Shown here piece after piece: positions 40,301 to 48,619 of a DNA stretch of 50,254 bases (positions are counted from its first letter, which is position 1; each line of letters starts with the position of its first letter). The notes under the pieces were generated by a model that worked only from the letters and a program-made list of their open reading frames with translations, ran no database searches and was not told the DNA's origin. Origin of the DNA: a virus (lineage: Duplodnaviria; Caudoviricetes); the IMG/VR virus record IMGVR_UViG_3300005613_000093, positions 1-50,254 of that record; one strand, written 5' to 3'. The translations under genes were made by a program, and so were the position numbers.

Positions 40301-43300
40301 GTTCATATAAGTGCTGAAGATTATAAGCATTAAAGTTTTGCCCATCAGACATTACAAATCTTCTAGGGTCTAATACTCCACCTATTTTTACTTCTTTACC
40401 ATTTATATTAATGTAGGCTACTGCACCTTTACCTTTCATTCCTACAATTCCTTTTTGGACTTTTACAGCAGGATTACCATTAGCATCTGTTAAGTTACCC
40501 CCTTCAGGATAATCTTCTACTTTAATATAAATTCCTTTATATAGTTGTTCTTGAGTTAAAGCTTCAACTGCATCTATATCAGCTTGAGGTACAAACTTAG
40601 TATCAATGTATATCTGTCCAAATTTAGAAGCATTTTCTATAACAGGTACACCTGTAGGAATAACTGCATTAACAGCTTCTAACTGAGCTATAATATTATC
40701 TAGTTTAGTAATTATATCTTGTAACTGACCACTATCAAATATAGCTTGGTAGTCGCTATTAATTTCAGTACCAGTAGTATCTTTAATTAGTTTTTCAAGT
40801 TCAGCTAGTTTTTTCTTTACATACTCTTGTTTTGATTTAGTCTTAGCTATCTTAACTGGAACAGAGTCAGTGGGTTCAAAACTAGGAGGTAAGTTATTAT
40901 TAAATTCTTCAAGCCATGCTTTTGCAGTATCTGATTTTAATCCTTCAAAAAGTTTTTCATCTATACTTACACCATCATCTTCTGGAATATCATATTCTTC
41001 TTCAATAGCTTCTTGTAAATTAGAACTATCATTGATAGCTATACCTGCATTCTTTAATCTAAGACCAAGAGACTCATAAGCTTTCTTTTGTATATCTTCT
41101 AAGATAAGTTTATCAATATTTGGGTCATCTACACCTGCAAGGGTAGCCATTAGAAATTCAGGCTCTATATAACCTTTACGTTGTAGTTCTGTTAGTTTAT
41201 CTAAACTTTTAATAAACTCTTCTCTACCTTCTTTTGTTATAAGTCTGTTAATCTCTCCTATGAATGTTTCTCTTCTTTGAGAAAGTTTTTCTAAATCTCT
41301 TAGTGCTACACCTAGATTTTTTCTATCAGCAGGATTGTCAAAATAATATTTTTCAACCTTTTCTGCTAGTTCACTTAGCTTTAATACAGTATCTCTAAAA
41401 GAATCAAAATCTCTTAGATATTCAGGAGCTTCTAATGCATTAGTTTTTCTAGCATTAAACTCTTGTTGTTCTAGACTAGAAATCTCTTTTTGCATTTGGT
41501 CAATCTTCTGTTGCTGCTTATCAATTCTTTCTTGGTTAGCAACACCAGATAATTGCATTGTTATTAGTCTTTTCTTAGCAGCTTCTAATCTACTAAGTTT
41601 ACGATTATATTCACCTAGCCATGCTTTTTTAAAGTTAAGCCTGTTGTTGGCTCTCATAATATCCTTAACACCTCTAGTATCTACAGTGCCTATCATATTA
41701 GATATCAATTTGGAAAGGTCTTCTTCTCTCCTATCAATATCTTGAACAGTAGCTAAGCTATAAGCAAGTCCATCTTGGATGTATTCATTATCAGTATTAG
41801 CTAGTACCCTAGCTTCATTAATACTATCTTTAATAGTTCTAGATCTTTTTAGTAATGCTTCTTTTAATTCTGACTTTCTTTCTTGAATTTCTTTTTCAGT
41901 GATATTATCATAATCAAACATATCAGCAAACTCTGTATCAGTCATTCCATCAATGGTATCATTAATGTTATCTTCTACAGTTTGGTAATCACCAAGCTTC
42001 ATTCTAAAGTTTACATCTGAAAAGAAAGCCTCATGTTCTGCACTTTTAGCAGTAAACATATCTCCAACTTGAGCAGCTTCATTATATTCTTTATTAGCTT
42101 TATAAGCTATAGCAGCATGATTTACAAGAGCTTTAATCCTATCAGGAGTAGACATGTTATTAGCCCTTTCCAAGTACTCAGCTCTTTTAGTTTTAAGAGG
42201 GTCTCTTAAAGCATCCCAAATACCACCTTGCCAACCTAATCCTTTACCTTTAGAGCTAGGACCTACAAATCCTGCTCCACCTATAATCATTCCAATAATA
42301 CCTTCTTCCCAACCTTCTTGGCTACCATATGTTTCAGCCATTCCTTCTCCTAAGGATGAAACTAAATCAAAAAGTTCTAGTTTGTTATCTTCATCTAAAT
42401 ATTTAGAAACATAATCTAAAGCTCCTTTATTTACAGAACCTTGCATCATTTCTTCCCAAACACCTTCAGTAAAAGGTTTCTCTCCTAGTTTATATAGTTT
42501 ACTACCTATTCTTTCTAATCTAGTTTTGGCAAGAGCCTTTTCTACAAAGTCTAGTTTTTTAACTTCTGCTACAGTTTTACCCATGCCTTTAGCAACTCTG
42601 AGTAGTTCTCTCTTAGATAAATCACTAGTCCTTACTAATGACTTAGCAACTTCATCTGCCTTATTAGGATTAAATAATTTTCCTAATATAGAACCTGACT
42701 TAGGCCCAAAGGTTTTAGGTAATGTAACCACATTACTCATACCTACTAATGCAGAGTTAAGAGCAAACACACCATTGGCTACATTATATATTTTATCCAT
42801 AGCACCAGCTATTTCAGCTTCAGTAGGCTCAAAGCCATTTTCTGCTATGTAATCATTAATGTAGTTTTCTTTTGCTTCATTAGCAAAGTGTCTAGCTTCT
42901 ACACCAGCTTCATAAAATGTACCAGTAACCATTTTTCTGCCTACACCTAGTACATTGTCAGCTACTTTTAATCCTTTTACTTTGCCAATAAGTTTAGTAG
43001 CATCAGCTACTTTAGAACCTTTTCCTAAAGCTTTAAGTGCTCTTGTAGCTCTACTCAAAGCTAAAGGAGTGGCTAATCCAGCTGATGCCATTTCAGTAAG
43101 TACTGCTCCTGCTACAAATGACATTCCTGATAAAACATCATTTGCCCAGAAGTTAGCAGTACTCATTTTTTGCAGTAGATTATAATCTTCCACTTCCTTT
43201 CTTAAGTAGTTAGGAAGAGCTTCATCCATAGCTTCATTAGCTTCATCTAAAGCTCTTTGGAAGGCATTATCATATACATTTTTAAAGCTTCCTGTAGCTG

Positions 43301-43766
43301 CTCCATATAGTAAACCAGGAAACATAGCTAAACCACCTATTACATTTGTAGCAGTTTTACCTACAAATTTAATAGTACCATTAGCCCACTTATCAACAGT
43401 ACTTTGACTCTCACCAAATAAATCTTCTATGTCAGCACCAATGTAAGGTGACTGTCCATATTTTTCAGAATATAACTTGTATTGTTCAGCTTCTTTACCT
43501 GTAAGTACTTTTGGTGAAGTAGTAGTTGATAAATCAGATGGATTATAAGGTTGAGTTTCAAAGTAATCTTCATACTTTAATCCAGGATTAGATTCTTCAA
43601 ATACTCTTCTAGCGGTGGTTTCTCTTACATTTTGTTCAAGTGCAGAAGAACCTCCTATTTCTCTTGAAACTATATCTCTAATATCTTGTTGTTCTTGTGC
43701 TGCTGCTTTTCTTGCAGGATGCTCAATCCATTCCCACTGACCTGTACTTTGGTTAAATTGCCACAT
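28371..43766 (-). CDS. Giant multidomain virion RNA polymerase (crAss-like, two-barrel), 5131 aa
   Basis: RIPTQDKHSM and catalytic GADFDVD (32979-32993), AMTDNGK; HExxH at 38046-38060 and 29412-29426; N-terminal hydrophobic Gly/Ala helices; C-terminal ART-like domain. Confidence 0.9.
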   Translation of the reverse strand: MWQFNQSTGQWEWIEHPARKAAAQEQQDIRDIVSREIGGSSALEQNVRETTARRVFEESNPGLKYEDYFETQPYNPSDLSTTTSPKVLTGKEAEQYKLYSEKYGQSPYIGADIEDLFGESQSTVDKWANGTIKFVGKTATNVIGGLAMFPGLLYGAATGSFKNVYDNAFQRALDEANEAMDEALPNYLRKEVEDYNLLQKMSTANFWANDVLSGMSFVAGAVLTEMASAGLATPLALSRATRALKALGKGSKVADATKLIGKVKGLKVADNVLGVGRKMVTGTFYEAGVEARHFANEAKENYINDYIAENGFEPTEAEIAGAMDKIYNVANGVFALNSALVGMSNVVTLPKTFGPKSGSILGKLFNPNKADEVAKSLVRTSDLSKRELLRVAKGMGKTVAEVKKLDFVEKALAKTRLERIGSKLYKLGEKPFTEGVWEEMMQGSVNKGALDYVSKYLDEDNKLELFDLVSSLGEGMAETYGSQEGWEEGIIGMIIGGAGFVGPSSKGKGLGWQGGIWDALRDPLKTKRAEYLERANNMSTPDRIKALVNHAAIAYKANKEYNEAAQVGDMFTAKSAEHEAFFSDVNFRMKLGDYQTVEDNINDTIDGMTDTEFADMFDYDNITEKEIQERKSELKEALLKRSRTIKDSINEARVLANTDNEYIQDGLAYSLATVQDIDRREEDLSKLISNMIGTVDTRGVKDIMRANNRLNFKKAWLGEYNRKLSRLEAAKKRLITMQLSGVANQERIDKQQQKIDQMQKEISSLEQQEFNARKTNALEAPEYLRDFDSFRDTVLKLSELAEKVEKYYFDNPADRKNLGVALRDLEKLSQRRETFIGEINRLITKEGREEFIKSLDKLTELQRKGYIEPEFLMATLAGVDDPNIDKLILEDIQKKAYESLGLRLKNAGIAINDSSNLQEAIEEEYDIPEDDGVSIDEKLFEGLKSDTAKAWLEEFNNNLPPSFEPTDSVPVKIAKTKSKQEYVKKKLAELEKLIKDTTGTEINSDYQAIFDSGQLQDIITKLDNIIAQLEAVNAVIPTGVPVIENASKFGQIYIDTKFVPQADIDAVEALTQEQLYKGIYIKVEDYPEGGNLTDANGNPAVKVQKGIVGMKGKGAVAYININGKEVKIGGVLDPRRFVMSDGQNFNAYNLQHLYELNSSFVDIINNTDGSQEPQVSAEGLNVQTYYATMLELFKELETNNGASTEFINNLFYTNKNFPYKVLKDVPLEERPNISVVPDEGYGITYTYETVEAGKKVQKQNTSQLIIRRSSGDDFKAYAKKDGKWTLLEGAEATAVIQIYEELLASNKNYEGITGQYVMMVNKPTQTSKYSFLSIGFPSAENKKITTTDERKTLFSRLVDLIKTRQEEIKDGGVTTDKGIPIHPSDRGVTFRDENNNDFFLSLLTNTANPDATFALSKSITAEIQISKFGYVSLALDVVGIKDKQYVDLYLSVNEEGKLMARFGKTSSPVNSYDKLIDIINGKIKLEAERGKPFLLDKGQPIRIGGFFSRVDKVSEDSVVENMGQMRLNVSLTPSIVLRPKSLKERTETNPENTSGTPENKQQEIYNELLTLINSSTPEQLKSDRVVKELRKVIQDSPIPDNKKRDLNTILERKIKSATSTPPPPSAPAGSTDTIADIEKGRQEDLAINIPLTNYVLVQGNAKTQLIKFREYLTDVLGWEKMPIGYSNGMLTLDYLGTELKIPAEIIEMGGGARTTLGIDIKDVINAKYDAEYVDAVKKGTMTKEQAMKALEEVGRKDSSAYAELAALESTPASSMTDEQKAQRIQEIDADLLGLALSGLQNSDEYNRLIQERDSLIPKDDSNEPAPFSISPTEAVERINMQTAESNLARMLNMRTPQNPNGVFSIQDVRNILTNVKNNGITWGAFFNNVVYLSEKAGVGTEYHEAFHAVFRTLLSPTQINAYYAAARKQYGNPTNQDIINLRNSSSSFAKLTRKELENLWLEEQMAEGFKSYAVKKDSEKPKGLIGILFDKIKKLLGIIKDNQSDLDLLFQDIYAGKFKNSKPFNPLVKFREPAFSLIKRKKAFIDGQVQQGYFNSVQSERIINTIASKALSLEKEKGRITESDIYNLISDMATNYYSPATFRDELKALADSGNTAKASKILSTIQNVSESLQEAENIKSIAEEVSKRLALFNLKTTEEEELEDYFDNEVGERNFDQNIAEIGGFGTLSSRMRQFIAFTTEGVDEFGFGEFADLSQEKFRMSSNAFRIYTGVERVLANTPIKDMLPKLKAFAENNPSAYAFYNHLTSSINTELHSLGFVNFDSRNNTDISILSRSSLFSNFATSFQKNKVPQVVVIYDNKSKKLKAYRSNVKDDSAVQVDEWARSFINSGLEDEETRTMGILTNIGTIFNNETIVASIEGLTDAINEIQKLFLSLGISLSKGYIRHSIVSKNLTVINEAIATGDDIIKPYYLDLMSEYILFQDTPGFTSEDVTEIRRSIAQSPSNNPFVKKLNTEPDSEQEDTAAIGRFKKMAASNTVFDETVASVTFQNSEGKSIYSYIQPSYLTSETEKWKKRAKSAANLIIAIREEESDEKGAEIILGMMAAEGTPYEYYLAKNMYQTIKNNPYLLGLQNSVDESGAETSNISTDTDENYDFSVELLNNLASYIIDGMRVASLEEVDVDGEQQLFEQTFKGSSGTSYGSLDGKGKLIQALAFFANSAGNTLRKKFRLPGAVLKDGRVNRKKERASAPIVVGVNEAKNTQNAVQLPVQKFSDSNGQLTKLGVEYIYNAFLQEYNRIGNVQKEVGFILNNDKQDEQGQSVYDIEGYHYIIDKKGKRDYTKGKGHDFFQFKELMKLDRALYVKVLQDAKQGKPITNAEQIKGLIKNQYAPSLFDKYVKRISNSRNRLITPIEVETKTENGVQVSISSQFYTKSTAPNNRDTGFIFTENAEMLGTDKNVSTTQALIRTDSKGNKNPNALPIITKKGQKAGDFWQDTDEDFNEFVRLNTEAIQSILDSKYKKLVFPTAFATDKAKLPPRFSKWLQTELEKNFNLKTELVNQETGLKSIDFGESEQQVTYKNRLLPEYYENSDGSVDMAALSDFFFNDFINSMTYNMLVNGDYAMLFKDPTDVVKRNSRLIAAGPSLGTGVTRVAIVKSILAKDRHDKNTVKDKKIEGLDEQDTTDAQNLGTLNWYINKYLMSSGKLPKEVARIYEKMEKGYRASLAEVRTLKHFNALVSPRKIVGVNRYFYDKTSIKTLLRSETSYMLPEDRKEADELYDRIFEARRQGNLILQRELYQRLHSLWKPIPSARANHDLLNKLELDNIDILIFDSAIKTMKANVGTVEGNNEIGFTWNLDPIQVDDESFKEQVKTDSIKSKVVDPTQLLNTVFSEQKLDTKANVLGKQTTLRNVVDSFEKLVADRAKRGFEEMRKTIIENNIPRYRYLLSMFKDNLMQTGADPYLIEMVSESLSVSGKPEFNLNMPSTIDKLESMFLSYISKNTLKVKAPGHKLTLISDFGSGVMEMNGKIITDYEFQENPKKYAGKVTTRRLEFRKTDDNGNLYTEIKISAQFAEHLGLKPGDNIPSELLEMFGVRIPTQDKHSMGYFKVVDFLPMETGNQIMLPYEILKLSGADFDVDAEYLRTFDFFSLNNKPHWFGQYLKAEKLEDSIEQARQEYIRENSQAKDVKKERDLRLQNSTPYQLLRQMLSQTKEELKKKVSKGRLDAYEDTLQEINDIIESYFSGDEVSEDNSIPNSVTALPQYSEEQKNKDATFVAATLKQIAIQEEVTLTPEEIKELKGSIRRINKTLRDIETEIGIESLEHFGYPASEEKFKEEFGKRVKDNRDAYEKGDFSAINPITISEINNLLIPLTGSLIYNNSNEEIGNTTTSTKDFDALEERLGQEGIEDETILEGIHDAASKNAAAVSNDTGKENIGPAAVFNLMFQRLHKHKVKFSEAFLKKNPGFQNFIQDLSDGFELTVGPKGEILNKQGVRVNDLIDQIISAMTDNGKDPKAARFNLSYETLGSVLLRIGMGEPFNLAVLTQKQPALVDVVSALQSNKSDLEKNKTNKARVYLLEISKYFEKIKTTVGNEEGVNPDFIVDFNEPNLIEALKYSQDPSSSSLNEGQYNYIQMVSLQRMFSSVEISDYLRNLSDLIGLARGLKPTFAENYNIRNSLEKLGLAVVQKKGTKGDKIEDFEIERDPKAKIENLPMDVLPMIKGDKILSTNIKIFTLMLEDSGKFFVLETKTGREIMDMASISFKDNFLNYKENASSMRKALLAFLSMRAYRQIKNIRNPDINSLFSEDLVNLHSKLLQKEEFKNNALLRALIADKIPFGEKNRSNLKGLTLHKLAFNSRTKNNPDYVERLIDDFKLLATSPDPEAKHFAAEAFMYLMMKDAGLFKSDTFIRQIAPIFLKNISVGLDKVQDLFSNGQGSFEEVFGVPKEKLVHEFVELFARYAPNNFYLKGNKLDVILSVNSSKVDIAEIRRLESLGEATAEDVKALVKEEAPVFYDGIKKTLTFNLKKGVKKGATAEEIKKIMGINKAILGTTGLFDEKNGKIIYPPFIQVTMEDGQGGATKVLFKLDILHTGNEIRLDKNGNVETDLKYSRNTSDNNLFASEMTGGAATYIPVNPYLEKSIAPWFWTTEELEAFRIIREAKQSATTDAEIASAEEATTEQENAILAALAKINQSFNPLLSPSVTPAATPAPSSVSSAFPKATSTPSEKPTTLTPSQEKEVQTLMTTFNVSRDKAVELVMKRKNQSKSSSKQPINQAALTNILDKLSNKFGISWKYDTSIPGLGQFKDGVVLINPNKAKLDTPFHEFAHPFIAIIKVQNPLLYKNLVSQISKTEIGRSTFEKVKKLYPELTYEQQLEETIVDLIGQYAADQQSLKQEKGLWNAIKTFLRRVSEYLKSLLGNENKKVIPSELDPNTSMEELSSMLVIDNPIDLGTMLGKGYKKPSIKPGVQELFESNPELASIGTLEQYSQYLDSIFPDSKVKDIVYHATNSSIDSFDKSKISSNTLNYGFYGKGFYFNETKNDLIDWWKSLYKKQPNIVTSILNVENPYNADSKDIEEQTKLGNKEEAEEFTNNLVKNNYDSVLPQIPKEEGSNEYVVFEPEQIHILGSKQDIEGFKEFASNPVQRVNLDKPTTLFNIFANVADSDVIELINNCN

Positions 43767-43826
43767 ATGTTGTAAGTGTTTTGTATATATACGATAAAAG
43801 TAAAAAAAAGTTGTAATATTAACTAA

Positions 43827-45884
43827 TTAATTAGGAATAGCTAAAGCTCCACCTGTAAAACCAGCAGTGTTAAAAGTAGACCATTGGTTAAAACTTAATT
43901 TACCATTCTTAGCAGCAGGTTTAGCTGAAAAGCTTCCTAGGTCATGGTAGGCTATAATTAAATCTTGAGGAGATAATTCATAATCTGCCATTATTTTTTT
44001 AGACATTGAATTAATCTCATCTATACTTCCTGTAAAATCTATAGCAAAAGATTTTTTAGGAGATAAAAATATAACAGACCCTCCTCCATATTTTCCATAA
44101 GTGGCTTTTCCATTTTTAGCGTTAGGAAATATAAAGTGTGTAGCATTAGATTTTTCAGTTTTATTTGTTTTAGGATTTCTAACATCATATGCTACAGTTG
44201 TAGGTAGACTTGCTACATTATTTTTAAAACTATATTTTTTAGAACCATCTGGTCCTATAGTAAACATAGGTGATGTTTTACCATTCCAATTAATATCTGA
44301 GTACCTATATTGTCTTAATGGAGACATAATTTTAAATCCTTGATATACTTCATCATCTGTAGTCCACCCTTCAGTATTATTACTAAAATTGTAAGAACCT
44401 GGTTTTAGCTTAGTGTTTTTCAAAGGTTTTTCACTATTAATTACAGACAAAGGTTGATATGTTACTAATACCTTACCATCTGCTGTCTTTTTATATAAAG
44501 GTAAGAATGGGTCATTTACTGTACTACCAGGACTTCCAGCAGGTTTTTTATCTCTTATAGTTTGATGTATATAGTTAAAAGCTTCTTGTCTCATAAAATC
44601 TCCAGAGGTAGATGCATTTCCATCTAAATTAGGATGACCACTAACATCTGTATCTAAAAGAAAATGTCCTATTCCTCTTGCTTGATAAGAGTCTTTAGCT
44701 CTAGAGTTACCTACATTTTTAATAGGGATATACTCAAAGCCTTGATTTCTATCAAACTTATTCATATACCTCCAATGACCAAAACCATTTCTTCCTAACT
44801 CTTGAAATTGTCTAGGTTCTACATATACTGGTTCTTTTTTAGGAGCAGCTTCTTTTGCTGGAGGAGGAGTAACTTTTGGTGGAGGTGAAAGTTTAATTTG
44901 TTTAGCTTTATCTTCCACAGCTTCACTTTCTAAATCTCCTATACCTAAGTAATTGACAAAAAATCTATTTGCCCAAGAAGGTATATTACTAGCAAGTAAT
45001 AGTGCTTCATCTGTAGCACTAGATACTGCATCGCCTATTGAGCTAGCAGTTTCTTCTACTGCATTACCTATTGAACTAGCAGCTTCTTCTACTTTAGAAT
45101 ATAACTCTTGAAACTCTTCGGTTAAACTTATAGAAGGGTTTTCTTCTTTTACTTTATCTAGTGCTGCTTTTGTTTCTGTTACAGTTTGTTTAGCTGTATT
45201 TACTTTTACTGGTCCAGGTATGTTTTTACTAGTTAAATCAATACCTATTTTTTTACTTACATTATTAATACCCTCTTGTACAGTTTTAGGTTTTGGAGGA
45301 GTATTAGCTACATTAAAACTGGGTGTGGTGCTTTTAGGCTTTTCAGGAAAATTTATATTTTCTGATACTTGAAATACATTATCTAAACCTGCAGCTCTCA
45401 TAAATTGTTGTGAAGCATCATTTGCAGGTCTTTGTAGTATTGGTGGAGTACTAGGTTTAGCAGATTGTTGAACTGCAGGTTTTACAGCTGCAGGTTTTTC
45501 TTGAGCTTTTTGAGCAGCTTTACTAAACTGAATATGGTAATGAATTTCATTACCTTCTCCATGAGGTAGAATACTTACTCCATATTTTTTGGCCCAAGTA
45601 TTACCTTCATTAGTTTGAGTAATCCAAGTTACAAGTTTATGGCCTTCATCATCATACCTAACATCAATAGCTCTACCTTCAAGATGTGTTTTAGATGCTC
45701 TTCCTAATTTCTTATCTTCTTCTTCTGTACTAGTAGCAGAAGTTATAGTAAAAGGAAAAGAACTTACTTCTTTAAGAGCAGTGGAAACAGTAGGAGAAAC
45801 TTTTCTTTCAGTAATTTCATCTGATTTATATCTTACATTACCTTTTGGTAGTCCTCCTGGGAATACTCCTACTTGGGGGTCCAA
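43827..45884 (-). CDS. Predicted virion protein with N-terminal peptidase M15 (Hedgehog/DD-peptidase fold) domain
   Basis: ITSA...THLEGRAIDV...HYHIQF Zn-ligand motifs, Pro/Ala/Lys-rich linkers, unknown C-terminal domain. Confidence 0.75.
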   Translation of the reverse strand: MDPQVGVFPGGLPKGNVRYKSDEITERKVSPTVSTALKEVSSFPFTITSATSTEEEDKKLGRASKTHLEGRAIDVRYDDEGHKLVTWITQTNEGNTWAKKYGVSILPHGEGNEIHYHIQFSKAAQKAQEKPAAVKPAVQQSAKPSTPPILQRPANDASQQFMRAAGLDNVFQVSENINFPEKPKSTTPSFNVANTPPKPKTVQEGINNVSKKIGIDLTSKNIPGPVKVNTAKQTVTETKAALDKVKEENPSISLTEEFQELYSKVEEAASSIGNAVEETASSIGDAVSSATDEALLLASNIPSWANRFFVNYLGIGDLESEAVEDKAKQIKLSPPPKVTPPPAKEAAPKKEPVYVEPRQFQELGRNGFGHWRYMNKFDRNQGFEYIPIKNVGNSRAKDSYQARGIGHFLLDTDVSGHPNLDGNASTSGDFMRQEAFNYIHQTIRDKKPAGSPGSTVNDPFLPLYKKTADGKVLVTYQPLSVINSEKPLKNTKLKPGSYNFSNNTEGWTTDDEVYQGFKIMSPLRQYRYSDINWNGKTSPMFTIGPDGSKKYSFKNNVASLPTTVAYDVRNPKTNKTEKSNATHFIFPNAKNGKATYGKYGGGSVIFLSPKKSFAIDFTGSIDEINSMSKKIMADYELSPQDLIIAYHDLGSFSAKPAAKNGKLSFNQWSTFNTAGFTGGALAIPN

Positions 45885-48613
45885 AGCTGGCCTTGTTGTA
45901 TTGGTGACTTTCCCATAGAGGTACCTCCCTGACCTCCAAAGTTTTTTTGTGCTCTTCCTTGTTCTAATTTACCATATCCTAATAATACTAAAGCTTCTTG
46001 GTAGTCTTGAACATCATTAGGGTCTAATACTTTTCCTGAGGGAGTTGTAATAGTCGTAAAAGGAATTATTTGACCATTTTCATATTTTCCTAAAGCTACT
46101 CTACCTGTGTTAGTAGTTTGAACTCCAAATTCATTTCCTTGTTTATCCTTAAAAATTATTACTTCATTTTCTTTAACTGATTTTTCTTTATTTGCCTCTT
46201 TAGCATCAAAGAAAAGATTCAATAAACCTAATTGGTCTTTATCAATTGCTGCTGAAGCATACCAAGCTGCACCTACATCTCTATATTCAGGAGCATCATC
46301 AGTTAATAACTCAGATACAATCTGACTATATTTAGTTGGGTTATCTTCATTATTATAAATTAAAGATACTTGAGAAAAACTATTAGGATTAGATTCATCT
46401 GTCATAGCTGTAAGAACTATCATTGGGATTCCAAAGTTATTTACTTCAAAAGCTACATCAGTTATCTTAAAGTTATTTCCATTAAAATCTTCTCCTTTAT
46501 ATAATGACTCTTCAAAAACTTCTTTAGCAGTTCCTTTATTCCTATAATCCTTTCCTCCTTTACCTACTAAAGCAGCAGTTTTCTGTAACAAATCAGCAAG
46601 TTCTACAGGATTTTGTAGTAACTCTAAATATTCTTTAGATACTGCTTTTAAAGTTCCAGCTTTTTCACCTTCAGTAGTTTCTTTAATAGTTTTTAGCTCT
46701 TTAACAAAACTAAACTTATCGTCTTTAATTGCCTTTTCTTGATAATCTAAATGTCTCAAAGCTTCACTATATATTGGAGTGGCTTTTAAACCATCACTAT
46801 CTTCTCTTCTACCTGGATATCTTGTTGTATTAGCAGAAGGCCCTGACTTTTCTGATGTAACTGTTCCAGAAGAACTTTCATAAAATGCATACTTACCATT
46901 TTGTAATTTTTTTAATGCGCCCTTGTCTAATAAAAATTGTAATCTGAGGTCAGAGTCTAGTTGGTCTTGGGTAAACTCATTGTAAAAAGCAGGCTCTCCT
47001 GACAATGCGTTTCCTCCATATTCATTTCCTATAGTTTTAATAGTATTACCTACTATCAATAATTCAGCTGTTTTTTTAGTATCTGCTCCTGGCATAACCA
47101 CTTCAGCAAGCTTATCAAATACTTTTTGCTTTTCTGCAGCTAATGCTTGAAGACTTTTACTTTCATTGTAGTTTTTTAGAACACCTTTGGTAACATCTAA
47201 AGCTGCCTGGTCTCCAGGGTCTTGAGAAATACCTATAAGCTGCTGATATAGATTATTTTTAATAGCATCTATCTGGTCCTTATTCATACCATTTTTAGCA
47301 AAGTAACCATTTTCACCTAAATAATAGTCAGGACTAGTAATAATCATATTAGCTGTATAAGGATTAGTTACTAATTCAACTAATTTTTGTTTTTGAGTTG
47401 GGTCTTTTACTCCATTTGCAGCTTCTGTAAGCATTTCGTCTAGAACTACTCCAAAAGAACCTTCTCCTGTTATATTCCCATCAGCTCCAGAATATACTAT
47501 ACTTCTTAGTGTGGGAGAGTAATTTTCATCTGTACTTGCTTTATTTAACTCCTCAAATAACCTTTTATCTGCTTCTCGTAGTTTAGTAACAGCCATTGTA
47601 CTATTTGCAGTTATATCATTAGATACAAGCTCTAAATCTAAATCAGAAGCTGTTGCTCCTTGTGAAGATATAGAGTATGTTCTATCTTTTGCTGCTTGTA
47701 GTTCTTCTGCTCTTTTTCTAGCATTAGGGTCATCAATTTCTCTAGTACTACCAGGTTGTTCAGTTTCTTTTCTATAAAATCCTTTACTTACTGTATTACC
47801 GACTAACTCTTCAAGCTCTTCTAAAGTTGTATATCCTCTTCCTATTATATTACCTTGTTCATCCCTCCTAAGCTTAAACTCTTTTGCGTAGTAATCTTGT
47901 TCATTAGTTCCCTCATACATTCTTTTAGCAAATTGTTTAATAGCATTCGTTGTAAATGAATTGGTTAAATCAATAGCTTCTACAGATGTACCATCAGGGC
48001 TTTGCCACATTGTTGTACCAGTGCTAGGGTCTGTAACAAACTTACCTTCACCATATGTTTGTTTTAAAGAAGGTTTTAAGTAATTAAGAAGATTTTCAGT
48101 TATGTACTTTTCAGTGTTATCTTGAATAGGTGCTTTAATATCTTCTATCTTAATATCAGAACCTTTTTTCCACCCCCATTCTCCTGTTTTAGGGTCTTGT
48201 TCCATTAAACCTTTAAAATATAATGAGATGGCATTTTCTTTTCCTAACCAAGGTTCTACATTTTTCTTGTATGCAGCATGGTGTTGAATAATACTTTGGA
48301 ATACTGGGTCAGTATTATATTCTCTATTTAAAGATTTTAATTGTTGAGCTATAGAACCATAACCACTTTTATCTTGTTCTAATCTAGAGCTTAGTGAAGA
48401 TACATCTCTACTAAATTTTTCTCTATACTGTTGAGCTTCTGGTTCATACCAAGGAGCAGATTCTATCTTTAAATCTGCTGAGCCTAATTCTCCTCTAGTA
48501 GTATCTAATCCTTTTTGTTTTTCCTGTAATGCCTTATACATAAAGTCCAAAGGCATTGGAACAAACTGTGACTCATAAGGAGTCTCTACTGGTGTTATAA
48601 ATCTTACAGCCAT
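45869..48613 (-). CDS. Predicted internal virion (cargo) protein, 914 aa
   Basis: N-terminal YESQFVPMPLDFM plus coiled coil as in crAss-like cargo proteins; position upstream of the vRNAP gene. Confidence 0.6.
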   Translation of the reverse strand: MAVRFITPVETPYESQFVPMPLDFMYKALQEKQKGLDTTRGELGSADLKIESAPWYEPEAQQYREKFSRDVSSLSSRLEQDKSGYGSIAQQLKSLNREYNTDPVFQSIIQHHAAYKKNVEPWLGKENAISLYFKGLMEQDPKTGEWGWKKGSDIKIEDIKAPIQDNTEKYITENLLNYLKPSLKQTYGEGKFVTDPSTGTTMWQSPDGTSVEAIDLTNSFTTNAIKQFAKRMYEGTNEQDYYAKEFKLRRDEQGNIIGRGYTTLEELEELVGNTVSKGFYRKETEQPGSTREIDDPNARKRAEELQAAKDRTYSISSQGATASDLDLELVSNDITANSTMAVTKLREADKRLFEELNKASTDENYSPTLRSIVYSGADGNITGEGSFGVVLDEMLTEAANGVKDPTQKQKLVELVTNPYTANMIITSPDYYLGENGYFAKNGMNKDQIDAIKNNLYQQLIGISQDPGDQAALDVTKGVLKNYNESKSLQALAAEKQKVFDKLAEVVMPGADTKKTAELLIVGNTIKTIGNEYGGNALSGEPAFYNEFTQDQLDSDLRLQFLLDKGALKKLQNGKYAFYESSSGTVTSEKSGPSANTTRYPGRREDSDGLKATPIYSEALRHLDYQEKAIKDDKFSFVKELKTIKETTEGEKAGTLKAVSKEYLELLQNPVELADLLQKTAALVGKGGKDYRNKGTAKEVFEESLYKGEDFNGNNFKITDVAFEVNNFGIPMIVLTAMTDESNPNSFSQVSLIYNNEDNPTKYSQIVSELLTDDAPEYRDVGAAWYASAAIDKDQLGLLNLFFDAKEANKEKSVKENEVIIFKDKQGNEFGVQTTNTGRVALGKYENGQIIPFTTITTPSGKVLDPNDVQDYQEALVLLGYGKLEQGRAQKNFGGQGGTSMGKSPIQQGQLWTPK

Positions 48614-48619
48614 TGGTTA

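Noticed and set aside
26861-44343. Short plus-strand ORFs inside the giant minus-strand genes
   Set aside because: Antisense shadows rich in Ser/Leu/Phe, as expected from the reverse complement of Lys/Glu-rich coding sequence.
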